A stretch of DNA of 64,000 nt from an uncultured bacterium (GCA_964354155.1 CAYGYG010000007.1:49903-113902); one strand, 5' to 3'. Shown: positions 26,140 to 36,591, numbered from the stretch's first letter. Notes: generated by a model not told the origin, from the sequence alone. Translations and numbers: made by a program.

Positions 26140-27741
26140 CTACTTCACCAGGTAGATCTCGACGCGGCGGGAAAGATCGGCTTGTTCCTTGATTGGCTTG
26201 GTCTTGGAGAAGGCCATGACCGCAATCCTTTCTTTTTCCACGCCGTGGAGCTTCACCAGATAGTCAAGCACGCTGTTGGCCCGGGCCAGCGACAGAATCT
26301 CGTTATACTCGATGCTGCCGGAGAGGTCGGTATGGCCGCGCAGTTCAGCTTTGACCTGGGCGTGGCCTTTCAAAAACTCGGCGATACGATCGAGCTCCGG
26401 TTTCTGGTCGTCGCGGATGTTCGCGTTATCTATGTCAAAATAGACAACGGCCTCGGGCGTCTCGCCCAACAGCTCGATCGGCCGGAGCCGGAGCGTGTCA
26501 AACTGATCATCGGCAATCGCAATCTTACTCGAGAGCTGAACATAGTTGTTCTTATTGACTTTGACTTCGTAACTGCCGGGCTTGAGCGTGAGTTCGAAAT
26601 ATCCGTCGGAGTTGGCGGTCACGGCATGCCGTGTCGCACCGGTGACATCGACCCGGGCATCGGACGCCGGGATTCCGCTCTTTTGATCAAGAACGAGGCC
26701 GGCGTAGGTGACGCTCACCCGGTCGAGCAGGAAGCTACTCAAAGTCGCCTTCTGAGATTCAACCACCACGGCCCTTGATTCGGGCGCGTAGTTCTGAGCT
26801 TCCACTTTGACGGTGTAGACACCTTTGGGCAGACCGTAGAATCTGTAGACGCCGTAATCCTTTGTCGACGTTACCTTTTCATCAAGCTCGACGACGGTGG
26901 CTTGGGCTAGGACCGGGGCCTTTGTATTTCCGTCGCGAATCTCGCCGGCAACCATTCCGGTCGGCATGATTTCGCGCTCGCGGGTCAAGGACGAGTTGAA
27001 CGACAGACCGAGGTTCGCGCCGAGAAGGCGGAAGTCGCTGACCAGTCCGAGATCCGCGCCCAAAGTCAGGCTCAAGCGATGAAATGGATGGAATTTGAGT
27101 CCGGGTGTAACCCGCCAGAGCCAATCACGCTCATGATTGCGGGAGAGTTCCATGAAATAGGTGAAAAATTTCGAAGGCAGCTCAGCCGCAAACGCAAAAG
27201 TAACGGGAAACTCAGACGACAAGCCTTTACGGCCAAGCGGTACGCCTAAATTGAGGTGGCCCCGGACCGGCAGCAGACTCCAGCGCCGTCCGAAGTCGTA
27301 GGTCCCGAGTACTTTCGGGTAGGCGATGAACTGATCATTCGAGTAGGGGTCGCGGCCGATCGGCAGAGTCAGAGAAAGATCACCGGCAAGATAGAAGTCA
27401 CCTTTCGAAAGCCAGAGGTTCTTGATGCCGATGTCGGTATCGCCCATATCGTTTTCGAAATCACTTTCGTTGAGCGGATTTCGGGCGCGTCCGATGCCAT
27501 GAATGCGCCAGATTGAGTACAGTTCCACGCGCCGCCTGGGGACGTAGGCGACCCCGATGCGGCCCGACGCATAGTCAATCACGGTGTCACTATAATCGTA
27601 ACGATAGCCTTCGCCGTCGGCAGTCATTATCAACATGGCCCGTTCGTCGACGAGCCACTCAACGTCGGCGCATTTCGTACGATAGATACCCTTCCCCCCA
27701 AACGTCGACGGAAAGCTCAATAATATCAGCAAGAACACCAT
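26140..27741 (-). CDS. OmpA-family outer-membrane protein with carboxypeptidase-regulatory-like domains
   Basis: Its C-terminus has an OmpA-like domain (ELRGHTDLSGSIEYNEILSLARANSV). Internal CarboxypepD_reg-like segments are present (GVYTVKVEAQNYAPES; GSYEVKVNKNNYV). Confidence 0.75.
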   Translation of the reverse strand: MVFLLILLSFPSTFGGKGIYRTKCADVEWLVDERAMLIMTADGEGYRYDYSDTVIDYASGRIGVAYVPRRRVELYSIWRIHGIGRARNPLNESDFENDMGDTDIGIKNLWLSKGDFYLAGDLSLTLPIGRDPYSNDQFIAYPKVLGTYDFGRRWSLLPVRGHLNLGVPLGRKGLSSEFPVTFAFAAELPSKFFTYFMELSRNHERDWLWRVTPGLKFHPFHRLSLTLGADLGLVSDFRLLGANLGLSFNSSLTREREIMPTGMVAGEIRDGNTKAPVLAQATVVELDEKVTSTKDYGVYRFYGLPKGVYTVKVEAQNYAPESRAVVVESQKATLSSFLLDRVSVTYAGLVLDQKSGIPASDARVDVTGATRHAVTANSDGYFELTLKPGSYEVKVNKNNYVQLSSKIAIADDQFDTLRLRPIELLGETPEAVVYFDIDNANIRDDQKPELDRIAEFLKGHAQVKAELRGHTDLSGSIEYNEILSLARANSVLDYLVKLHGVEKERIAVMAFSKTKPIKEQADLSRRVEIYLVK

Positions 27742-27838
27742 ATGTCGTCTCCTTTTGGTTAACTTATCCCATTATAGCAATGTCTAAACATATGTCAAGC
27801 GGGACACTCGGTCGAGTAGTTCGGTGAGGGCAAAGAGC

Positions 27839-27866
27839 TTGACTTGTCATGGATATCCTCTATAAT
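27839..27866 (+). promoter_or_regulatory. Sigma70-like promoter (TTGACT-16-TATAAT) with extended box TTGACTTGTCA
   Basis: It shares the same extended -35 box as the promoter at 16560. A ribosome-binding site (AAAAGGA) and the ATG at 27886 follow. Confidence 0.5.
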
Positions 27867-27885
27867 CTATAGAAAAGGATGACTT

Positions 27886-28449
27886 ATGTCGCTAAAGGAA
27901 ATAATCGATGCGCGTCGTGCCTATCGTTCCCTGGAGCGGATTGAAATCTCCGCGGACCTGATCGCGGACTTGGGCGAACACGCAAGATTGTCGCCTTCGT
28001 GTTTTAATAACCAACCCTGGCGATATGTTTTCGTAAGAGACCGGACGATTCTCGGGAAATTCCGGGAAGCTCTGGCCAAGGGCAATGAATGGGCCAACGA
28101 TGCTTCCATGATTGTGGTCGTCTATACCCGCAAGGAACTCGACTGCGACGTAAAAGGCCGGGAGTATTTCCTTTTTGACACCGGTATGGCCACGGCCTTC
28201 ATGATCTTACGTGCCACCGAATTAGGATTGGTGGCGCATCCGATTGCCGGCTACCACGAAGACAAGGTGAAAGAAATCGTCGAACTGCCCGGTGATGTGC
28301 AAGTCATTACCCTGGTTATTGTCGGCAAACACTCAGGCGAGATAAAGCCGGTCCTGTCGGAAAGACAGGTTGAGTGGGAGAAGACCCGGCCCGACCGCCT
28401 GCCCCTGAAGAAATTCGTCTTTTTCGACCGGTACGAGGCGGACAAATGA
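27886..28449 (+). CDS. Nitroreductase-family protein
   Basis: It has the nitroreductase fold signature (RRAYRSL...SPSCFNNQPWRYVFV). Confidence 0.8.
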   Translation: MSLKEIIDARRAYRSLERIEISADLIADLGEHARLSPSCFNNQPWRYVFVRDRTILGKFREALAKGNEWANDASMIVVVYTRKELDCDVKGREYFLFDTGMATAFMILRATELGLVAHPIAGYHEDKVKEIVELPGDVQVITLVIVGKHSGEIKPVLSERQVEWEKTRPDRLPLKKFVFFDRYEADK

Positions 28450-29681
28450 TGGATGTTTATCTTGATAACCATTCGGCAACCAGGCTGGACGACCGGGTCT
28501 TGAACGACATGATGCCGTACTTGCAGGGCGAGTACGGTAACGCCCAATCGATGCATGATCCGGGCAGCCGGGCCAAAGATGCGATTGAAAAGGCCCGGGA
28601 CCAGGTTGCGCGCTTGATTCATGCGCGACCCGAAGAGTGCTACTTCACTTCATGTGGTTCGGAGGCGAACAACCTGGCGATCAAGGGCAGTGCCCAGGGA
28701 CTTGCCGAAAAGGGGAAGCACATTATTGTGTCGAGCATTGAGCACTTCTCCGTGCTCTACGCGGCACGGCGGTTGGCGCAGCAGGGATACGAGACTACCT
28801 TCCTGCCGGTTGACAAGGACGGGTTGGTCACCCCGGGTGCGGTTCGGGAGGCAATGCGGAGCGATACGGTGTTGGTTTCGGTCCATCATGCCAACTCCGA
28901 GATCGGCACGGTTGAACCGATTGAAGAAATAGGACGGATCTGTCATGAAAAAGATGTGCTCTTTCATACCGATGCCATTGCGACATGCGGAATTCTGCCG
29001 GTCGAGGTGAAGGCTCTCAATGTCGACCTGCTCAGTATCGCGGCCTCGCAATTTCATGGCCCGAAGGGAGCCGCTGCTCTGTTCGTAAGAAAGGGTCTCC
29101 GCGTCATTCCGCAGATCGACGGCGGCGTCCAGGAGAGTGGGCGCCGGGCCGGGACCGAGAATGTCGCCGCGATCGTTGGTATGGGTAAGGCCTGTGAGAT
29201 TGCCCAATCCGAGATGGCGGCGAATCGCCTCAAGATAACGGGATTGCGCGACCGGCTGGTCCGAGAACTGCCCAGGTATATCGACTACGTCTATCTCAAT
29301 GGACATCCTGAGAAGCGGCTGCCGGGGAATGTCAATTTTTCCGTAGAGTTTGTCGAAGGCGAGGGGCTGCTCCTGCTTTTAAACGAGAAGGGCATCTATG
29401 TTTCAAGCGCCTCGGCGTGCGCATCCAAGGCGCTCAAGATGTCCCATGTGCTGACGGCGACGAACATTGACGCCGCGGTCGGCCAGGGAACCATACTGAT
29501 GACGTTCTCCAAGTACAATACCGAGAGCGATGTCGATTATGTGCTCAAGGAGTTTCCGCCGGTGGTGAAGAGGCTGCGGGAGCTTTCTCCGCTCTATGCG
29601 TATTTTCTCAAAACGGGCAAACGGCAGGCCGCGGGTCCGGGCACTGACTACGAACGCAGGCACGAAGGCGAAGAAGAATAG
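28446..29681 (+). CDS. Cysteine desulfurase (NifS/IscS family)
   Basis: It has the PLP-binding motif (SASQFHGPKG with lysine) and the active-site loop SSASACAS. Its ATG overlaps the nitroreductase stop (ATGA). Confidence 0.85.
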   Translation: MMDVYLDNHSATRLDDRVLNDMMPYLQGEYGNAQSMHDPGSRAKDAIEKARDQVARLIHARPEECYFTSCGSEANNLAIKGSAQGLAEKGKHIIVSSIEHFSVLYAARRLAQQGYETTFLPVDKDGLVTPGAVREAMRSDTVLVSVHHANSEIGTVEPIEEIGRICHEKDVLFHTDAIATCGILPVEVKALNVDLLSIAASQFHGPKGAAALFVRKGLRVIPQIDGGVQESGRRAGTENVAAIVGMGKACEIAQSEMAANRLKITGLRDRLVRELPRYIDYVYLNGHPEKRLPGNVNFSVEFVEGEGLLLLLNEKGIYVSSASACASKALKMSHVLTATNIDAAVGQGTILMTFSKYNTESDVDYVLKEFPPVVKRLRELSPLYAYFLKTGKRQAAGPGTDYERRHEGEEE

Positions 29682-29721
29682 CGGGCGGTGATTATCGGAA
29701 CACTTTTGGCACAATAAGAGA

Positions 29722-29748
29722 GAAGGCCGTCTTGACAAGACGGCCTTC
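29722..29748. terminator. Bidirectional stem-loop terminator (GAAGGCCGTCTTG-A-CAAGACGGCCTTC)
   Basis: It has a 13-bp perfect stem between convergent genes. Confidence 0.5.
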
Positions 29749-29766
29749 TTCGTTGATCACCGACAA

Positions 29767-30573
29767 CTAATCTTCGTCTTGCTTTAGACCCGGGAGCGCG
29801 AGGGAGATCTTCTTGTAGTCATCCGGTATTCTAAAGAGTTGATCCGATAGCGGCTTAGTACTCAAGTCGGACATGGTTGTTGCATGGGTCCGGATGCTTT
29901 CCTTGCCTTTCTGGTCCACGGTCTTATCGGTGGTTATGGACTTAAGGAAGAGGCCGATTTCTTTATAAGGCTCCATTTGAATCTGAATCAGAGTGTCGAG
30001 ACCGGCCATCCCCGTGCGGAACGCCTTGCGGTTGAAGGCCGTCGCCATATCCTTCAACGCGATATCCTTGGTGCCCCAAATCTCGCGCGTCTGCTCAGAG
30101 TGTTGCTTCACTTTCATGATCATGACTTTCATTTCCATATCATAGGAAGTGGTGATCATGATGTGCTTGCATTGATAGCCGGCCACAGCATCATCCGGCA
30201 ATTCAGTTACCTCGACCTTGAGGTTCGTGATCTTCATCTGGATGAGCTGACTCATCGCTCCCGTGAACTGGAGCATAGAGTCAAGATTGACCGCGGTGTA
30301 GGTCTTTTCCTCAGGGTCGACGATGTAGACGAGGTTGCTGTCGCCGCGATACAGCCACCAGTTACCTTTCTCGTTGAAGCCCTTAGCGCCTTTCGCGGTC
30401 TTGACGAATTCCTCACGGACGTTACCGTCCTGAGCGTAAGCGTGGGTGACAGTTGTGTCGGTTTCGCCGCCGGTTTTAGACACGGTTGTCGCCTGCCACT
30501 CAAGTCCGGCGAACATAGGGCTTGCGGATAGGATCAACAGAGCAATACACATAACGACCAACTTCACTTTCAT
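29767..30573 (-). CDS. Secreted hypothetical protein (possible LolA-like/DUF4412-like fold)
   Basis: It has a signal peptide. No catalytic motif was recognised. Confidence 0.35.
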   Translation of the reverse strand: MKVKLVVMCIALLILSASPMFAGLEWQATTVSKTGGETDTTVTHAYAQDGNVREEFVKTAKGAKGFNEKGNWWLYRGDSNLVYIVDPEEKTYTAVNLDSMLQFTGAMSQLIQMKITNLKVEVTELPDDAVAGYQCKHIMITTSYDMEMKVMIMKVKQHSEQTREIWGTKDIALKDMATAFNRKAFRTGMAGLDTLIQIQMEPYKEIGLFLKSITTDKTVDQKGKESIRTHATTMSDLSTKPLSDQLFRIPDDYKKISLALPGLKQDED

Positions 30574-30794
30574 GAAAAACCTCCTGTTGCAGTAAGCCTA
30601 ATCAGTTTGGATTGCGACTTGAATCGATGCTGATATGATAACCAGAAAGGGGCCGGTGTCAACGCGAGATACGATTGGCCTTCTCGGTAATCGACAGAAA
30701 GGACTTGACATAGAGCACGCAGAGCATAGGATGTCCGTGCTGGGAATAGTCCTCAAGATGAGACCTTTGCTTTCTCTTGCCCGGCGAGGAATCG

Positions 30795-32183
30795 ATGATG
30801 CGTGTTGCTGTTCTGCTTGGCGCCGCGGTCTTGTTTGGTCTGGCACCGTGCGGCACCGGGTTACTATTCGGGCCGTTTGAGAGCAAGCCGTATCTCACGC
30901 CAACCGGCACGCCCTGGAGTTCGGTCAATATCGGCTGGAATACGGCGACGCTCGAGTCAACCAGGGTTGCCTATGGACTGACCTCGGCGCTGGGCGACAC
31001 GATCAGACTAGAGGGTGTGCGTAACTACCACCACGCAAGGATCACTGGATTGCTGCCTGACTGCGAATACTACTACCGCGTGCTGCCGGCCGGGAATCTG
31101 AACCGATTCAGGACTTTCCCGGCCCGATCGGACACCGGCGTATTTATCGTCGTGGGGGATACCCGTACGGATTCGGCTGCCCACCAGTCCGTGGTCAATG
31201 AAATTGCCGGGTACGACCACGATTTCATCATCAACTGCGGCGACCTGGTCGAGGACGGTAACCTTGACAGCCTCTGGCAGATGTTTTTCAGTATCGAAGA
31301 TACCTTGCTTGAGACAACGCACTTCCTGCCGGTACTAGGCAACCACGAAGCGCCCTATTGGCAATATGATACGCTCTTCAGCCTGCCGGACTCGGAAGAG
31401 TACTATTCAGTGGACTGCGGCAATATTCATGTCGTGGCGCTCAATACCGAGACCAACCTTGTCGGCCCGCAGCTGTCATGGCTGAGGCAGGATCTGGAAC
31501 GGAACCGAAATAATGACCGGACTGACTGGACGATTGTCGCCTTCCATCGTCCGCCCTACTCATCCGGCAGTCACGGCAGCCAGCTCGACGTGCGCGAGGC
31601 TTGGTGCCACCTTTTCGAGACTTACCAGGTTGACCTGGTTTTCGCCGGGCATGATCACGACTACGAGCGCACCGTACCGATCAACGGGGTCGTTTACGTT
31701 ATCTCGGGTGGGGGTGGAGCGCCGCTGCGCGGGGTCGGCACTAATCCGTGGACTGCCTATGCGGAGAGTACGTACCAGTTCTGTCAGGTCGAAATCAAGA
31801 ACCGTTATCTAAGAATGCGAGCCGTCAAACCCAACGGTACGGTGTTCGATTCATTGATCATCGACAAAGGCCGATTCGAACCCAAGGGGACGACGGGTCT
31901 GCCCAACCGCAGACTTAGCGTCATTCCCAACCCGATGCACGACCAGGTGGTGATCAGCTGTCAGCTCGACCAGCCCCGGCGACTCCGGCTCAGCATCGCC
32001 GACCACGCGGGTCGCGAAGTGACAATCCTCAAGGACACTGATGAACCGGCCGGACTCTACCTTCTGATCTGGGATGGTCGGGATCGGCGCGGAAAATCGG
32101 TCGGTGCTGGCGTCTACTTTGTGGTCGCGCAGGTGGGCGGCGAGGTATGGATGAATAAGATCACACGGGTGTCGGGCGATTGA
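30795..32183 (+). CDS. Purple-acid-phosphatase-like metallophosphoesterase with T9SS C-terminal domain
   Basis: The metallophosphoesterase motifs are present (GDTRTD; GDLVEDG; VLGNHE; AFHRPPY; GHDHDYER). The C-terminal domain matches the T9SS pattern (IPNPMHDQVVIS...GVYFVVAQ). Confidence 0.75.
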   Translation: MMRVAVLLGAAVLFGLAPCGTGLLFGPFESKPYLTPTGTPWSSVNIGWNTATLESTRVAYGLTSALGDTIRLEGVRNYHHARITGLLPDCEYYYRVLPAGNLNRFRTFPARSDTGVFIVVGDTRTDSAAHQSVVNEIAGYDHDFIINCGDLVEDGNLDSLWQMFFSIEDTLLETTHFLPVLGNHEAPYWQYDTLFSLPDSEEYYSVDCGNIHVVALNTETNLVGPQLSWLRQDLERNRNNDRTDWTIVAFHRPPYSSGSHGSQLDVREAWCHLFETYQVDLVFAGHDHDYERTVPINGVVYVISGGGGAPLRGVGTNPWTAYAESTYQFCQVEIKNRYLRMRAVKPNGTVFDSLIIDKGRFEPKGTTGLPNRRLSVIPNPMHDQVVISCQLDQPRRLRLSIADHAGREVTILKDTDEPAGLYLLIWDGRDRRGKSVGAGVYFVVAQVGGEVWMNKITRVSGD

Positions 32184-32206
32184 CAGGCTTAGTGGAACCC
32201 CAAAAA

Positions 32207-32240
32207 AAGAGGACCCTGGTTCATCAGGGTCCTCTTTCTC
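32207..32240. terminator. Bidirectional rho-independent terminator (AAAGAGGACCCTG-loop-CAGGGTCCTCTTT)
   Basis: A 13-bp stem is flanked by an A-run and a T-run between convergent genes. Confidence 0.7.
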
Positions 32241-32253
32241 TCAAGGGTTTGAA

Positions 32254-33936
32254 TCAGTGACTGACGACCATTTTTCTTGTTGCCACGCCCTGCTCAGTCT
32301 CAAGGCGGTAGAAATAGACGCCCGAAACGACCGGCTTGCCTGACGCATCTGTGCCATCCCAGTAAGCTGAGTGTCGGCCCGCCGCAAGTCTGCTCTCAAG
32401 AACCGTTGTCACCAGCTTGCCGGACAGGTCGAATACCCTGAGTGACGCGCGCGATGGCACTTCAAGCTGGAACGCAATCCTGGTTCCGGCCACAAGCGGG
32501 TTGGGCGTGTTCTGAGCCAGCACGAACCGGCTCTGCTCCCAGCGGCTGCCGCTTACCTGCTCTTCAATCCCGACGGCAGGCAGAGGCCGGCGCCCGGCCG
32601 CGATGTAGCTCCAGGTTGTCCGGCCATTGCGGTGGTCGGACCACTCGCAGTAGACATAGTTCGAGTCGGTGTCGATCTGCTGGTAATCGCCCTGCTGTGA
32701 GGAACTCGCCGCTGTATATGAAGGCGTGACATCGTTCACTCGTTCATTTGGACGCCAGGTTACGCCGCCGTCGGTCGAGTATGAATAGTAGGTGTCGCCA
32801 GAGTTGGTTGGATAGTAATTGCGGGAATCAAGCCAGAAGACGTGGGGCCGGTTGTAACGGTCAATGCTGATCCATGAGCAGTACTGGTCAGAATCAGTAT
32901 TGGTATCATCGTTAGCCCTTACCGGTGCGCCCCAGGTCGTGCCGCCATCGGTTGACGATATTACGCAGATGTCCCAGCCGGCGCCGCGCATACTGTTCTG
33001 AACCGTAACGTAGATCTTGCCGGTCGCATCGCAGGCCATGGATGGAAAACTATGATTGGCCCGCCAGCCGCTGAGATGGCTCGACGATGTCAGAGAGAGA
33101 ATCCGGGTCGCGGTACCCCAGGAAGCGCCGTTGTCCGTAGAGCGGTTGAACCAAATTTCGGTCGGGACCCACTGGCACGGCTGTCCCCAGACTGCATAGA
33201 CGTGGCCGTTGGTCGGATTGACCGCCGGGCACGAGCCTTGGCCGCCGGCGCTTGATATATTCTGGTCGCCGGTATTCCAGGTTCGACCCCAGTCCGAAGA
33301 GCGGCACATACGGATCCAGTTGGTGCCGCCCGTGAAGTCGCTGTAGGAGCAATAGAGATAGCGTCCCCAGGTCTTAAACATCGGTTTGTCCGTGAAAGTA
33401 CTGGTCCCGCGATCAACGCGAACCGTATCACTCCAGGTCAGCCCGTAATCGGACGAGAATCGGATGAAGAGATGATAACCTCCGCCCGATGGCTGGTTAA
33501 TGCCCAAATTGTAGCAGGAATCACGGCCATTGCCGTTGATGCAAACGTCGACCCAGAACCAGCCTTGATGGTCGTAGTAGGCGGTGTAGGTTTGACCAGA
33601 GTTCGTGCTGCGAGCCCAACGACATTGCCAGGCCGAGCCAGTGTTGTAGTTGTAGCCAAGAACGATGTATCCCGGTTGGGTGCCACCCTTGCGTACGACG
33701 AACAACGCTCCATCCGGAGGGTTGGAGTAATCCATGCTGTCCGCTAGTGCGTTGGCCAGCCACGGCGGGTCGGGATTGAGGAATCGCTGGGGAGGGTCGG
33801 TCGGTACCGAAACCGGGCCAGTTGGACTGTAATCGGGAATCGTCGGCATCGCTTGCTGGGCAAAAGCCCCGCCGACCCCACCGAAATAACCACCAAACAG
33901 TAGGCCTACAGAGAGCAGACACGCAAGCTTTCTCAT
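32254..33936 (-). CDS. BNR/Asp-box (sialidase-like) secreted protein with T9SS C-terminal domain
   Basis: The likely start is the internal ATG at 33936, which gives the signal peptide MRKLACLLSVGLLFGG and has an AAAAGGAG ribosome-binding site. Asp-box motifs are present (SDYGLTW, SDWGRTW, STDNGASW, STDGGTTW, STDGGVTW). The C-terminal domain matches the T9SS pattern (GVYFYRLETEQGVATRKMVVSH). Confidence 0.7.
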   Translation of the reverse strand: MRKLACLLSVGLLFGGYFGGVGGAFAQQAMPTIPDYSPTGPVSVPTDPPQRFLNPDPPWLANALADSMDYSNPPDGALFVVRKGGTQPGYIVLGYNYNTGSAWQCRWARSTNSGQTYTAYYDHQGWFWVDVCINGNGRDSCYNLGINQPSGGGYHLFIRFSSDYGLTWSDTVRVDRGTSTFTDKPMFKTWGRYLYCSYSDFTGGTNWIRMCRSSDWGRTWNTGDQNISSAGGQGSCPAVNPTNGHVYAVWGQPCQWVPTEIWFNRSTDNGASWGTATRILSLTSSSHLSGWRANHSFPSMACDATGKIYVTVQNSMRGAGWDICVISSTDGGTTWGAPVRANDDTNTDSDQYCSWISIDRYNRPHVFWLDSRNYYPTNSGDTYYSYSTDGGVTWRPNERVNDVTPSYTAASSSQQGDYQQIDTDSNYVYCEWSDHRNGRTTWSYIAAGRRPLPAVGIEEQVSGSRWEQSRFVLAQNTPNPLVAGTRIAFQLEVPSRASLRVFDLSGKLVTTVLESRLAAGRHSAYWDGTDASGKPVVSGVYFYRLETEQGVATRKMVVSH

Positions 33937-34187
33937 ATTACGCTCCTTTTGTTTGTCCTCAACTATGCAGATTCTCTCATCTTGTAAAGATGTTTGGACA
34001 AGATGCGTGACAGTTGGTTTAGTCAATAAGGGCGGTCTACGCGAGGCTTTGCTCAAGTCATCATATTCAATGAGTTTGGCCCAGGCGGAGAAATGATCGC
34101 CAATCGACAGATCGTACACCTGCTGTCTGCACCCGCACGATTTTGGCACCTTCATCGATCGTACATGGAATTCTTCTATTTGCCTAT

Positions 34188-34215
34188 TGACATGCGACGG
34201 CCGACGGTTATACTG
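34188..34215 (+). promoter_or_regulatory. Sigma70-like promoter (TTGACA-16-TATACT) followed by inverted repeat TTCGC-GAATT-GCGAA (34237-34251)
   Basis: It has consensus -35 and -10 elements. The palindrome lies about 20-35 nt downstream of the predicted transcription start, which is a candidate operator position. Confidence 0.45.
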
Positions 34216-34311
34216 GCGAGTTAACATTAGTTGGATTCGCGAATTGCGAAACAGGTGGCGGGCCCATAATGAGGCATGCGGCATCATGTGAAAACAACAA
34301 GGAGGTCTAAT

Positions 34312-36534
34312 TTGAAGACGAAGTGTCTGCTCCTTACTCTGCTTCTATTAGTGACAGCTGGGCTTGCCGACTGGGAAGCGGTCGGTCCGTACGGGGGATA
34401 CCTGCGCTCGGTCGTCGTGTCGCACACCAACGATAATATCGTCTACGCGGTATCGTACAACTACCCGGCGCAGTACGCACGATCGACCAACGGCGGAGCC
34501 ACCTGGACGACCATGGGCGGCATCCCGAGTAACGCCTACGCCACGGCGATCGACCCTACCGATCATAACAAGCTCTACACCGGCGGCGGCTCCTATTTCT
34601 ACCGTTCGACGAACGGCGGCACGACCTGGCTCAGCACCTACGCATCAAACACATATCCGTACGGGATGGTCGTGAATAGTTCGACGCCCACGACCGTGTA
34701 TGGGGCCGGCTACACCTACGACGGCACCAAGTGGCGCATGTCATTCTACAAGAGCAGCAACAGCGGCGCGAACTGGAGCACAACCTATCTGGCCGACAGT
34801 GCGAGTTACGCCTACTGCATCGGTCTTGACCGAACCAATCCCAGCAACATCTACGTCGGCGGCTACACCTACATGAACAGCACGTACTATCCCATGATCT
34901 ACAAATCAAGCAACGGCGGTACGAATTGGACCCAGCTGACCAATGGCATCCCAACGTCCGGGTACTACGTATATTCGGTGGCGGTGCATCCGACCAACTC
35001 GAACATCGTCTATCTCGGCATCTACACGGCAGGGATCTACCGGTCAACCGACGCCGGCGCCTCGTGGACCCAGGTTTCGACCCACTACTACAACTATGCC
35101 ATGGCCACGAGCATTGCCGACCCAAATGCTGCCTTGGTCACCGGCTACAATGACGCGTACAAGACGACGAACGCCGGTGCGACCTGGTTTGCCGACACGG
35201 TCGGGTTCAAGGGATTGAGTGCCTTCGGTCTGGCCATGAGCCAGACCAATGGACAGGTTGCCTATGTCGGTGACAACATGGGTGCTTTCAAGACGACCAA
35301 TGGCGGGACACGGTGGTTTTCGACCAACAACAATCTTAACCTCGGGGCGATCGCCAGTTTTGCGGTGGCACCTTCGTCACCGGCGACGATCTATACTTCG
35401 TTTGAGGAAGTTGGTGTGTTCAAAACGACCAACAGCGGCACGTCGTGGACTCAATTGCCGACCCCGGTGGCCTGTGGCAACATCTGTGAATTTGCCGTCC
35501 ACCGGACCAGCCCGCTTGTTGTCTACGGGTTGGAAGGCGCAGGCTGAGGCAACGCCGAGCTCTACAAGAGCACAGACGGCGGGGCCGTCTGGTCAAGTGC
35601 GCTAGATAGTTACTATGCCGATGGCGGTGCCTTAATAATCGATCCGAACAACAACTCGGTGTTGTACAGCGGTGGTGCGATTTACGACGGATCGACTTAT
35701 CTGATGGGCGTGTCGAAGTCGACCGATGCCGGTGTAACCTGGAGCCGCGATACGCTGACCACGGCCTACAGTGTCACCTACGCGCTGGCGGTCGATCGCA
35801 GTAATTCGAATGTCGTCTACGCCGGCGGCTATACCGGCCTGTACAAGAGTACCGACGCTGGCAATACTTGGTTTCAGTCCTCAATCGGGCTTACCGGACA
35901 GGTATACGACATTGCAGTCGCTTCAACTAAGGCCAATATCGTCTATGCCGGATCCAGTGCGGGTGTGTTCAAGTCGACCAATGCCGGTGCGTCCTGGACC
36001 AATACCGGGTGCACCGGGGTGAACGCAGTTCTCATCAATCCCAGTAACGAGAATGAGATATATGCCGCGACGTCGAGCGGTGTATTCAAGAGTACCACCG
36101 GAGGCGGCGGATGGACGGCGATGAACGCCGGCCTTCAAAGCCTGAACACGACATCGCTCGGGATCTACCCGGCGCAGTATCTTTACACGGGTACGGACGG
36201 TGCCGGCCTATATCGCTGGAGCTTCCTGCTCGGGACACAAGAACAGGAACCCAGCCAGGGCAGGACGGTCTTGGCGGCACAGCCCAATCCTTGCCGGGGC
36301 CGGACCCAGATCACGTACCAGCTGGTACGCACGGTCAAGGTCAATCTTGGGGTGTACGATGCGCAAGGCCGACTGGTTAGACAGCTGGCGTGCGGCGAGC
36401 AGCCCCAGGGCGTACATTCAGTGGCCTGGGATGGTCTTGATCGACGTGGCGACCGGGTCGCCAACGGCGTCTATTTCTGCAGACTGAAGGCGGATGGACT
36501 GAAGCAGATGCAGAAACTGGTGATCGTTGAGTAG
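34312..36534 (+). CDS. BNR/Asp-box repeat secreted protein with T9SS C-terminal domain; single in-frame TGA at 35545-35547 (candidate selenocysteine or nonsense)
   Basis: An AAGGAGG ribosome-binding site plus a TTG start at 34312 gives the signal peptide MKTKCLLLTLLLLVTAGLA. ORFs 34276-35547 and 35659-36534 are in the same frame. The repeat protein runs continuously across the TGA (...VVYGLEGAG-U-GNAELYKSTDGGAVWS...). The C-terminal domain matches the T9SS pattern (GVYFCRLKADGLKQMQKLVIVE). Confidence 0.5.
35573..35591 (+). promoter_or_regulatory. SECIS-like hairpin downstream of in-frame TGA (CAGACGGC-GGG-GCCGTCTG)
   Basis: It has a perfect 8-bp stem and a GGG loop. The loop lies 34-36 nt 3' of the TGA at 35545. 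Confidence 0.3.
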
Positions 36535-36548
36535 GATTGAATCGATCA

Positions 36549-36588
36549 AAAAGCGCCCGGCAAGTAACGCCGGGCGCTTTTCTTTTGA
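36549..36588. terminator. Bidirectional rho-independent terminator (AAAAGCGCCCGG-loop-CCGGGCGCTTTTCTTTT)
   Basis: It has a GC-rich stem flanked by A/T runs. Confidence 0.8.
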
Positions 36589-36591
36589 CTT

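Noticed and set aside
29727-29753. The bidirectional terminator contains TTGACAAG, which resembles the TTGACTTGTCA promoter box.
   Set aside because: It is part of a perfect 13-bp terminator stem between convergent genes, and no -10 element follows. The resemblance is coincidental.
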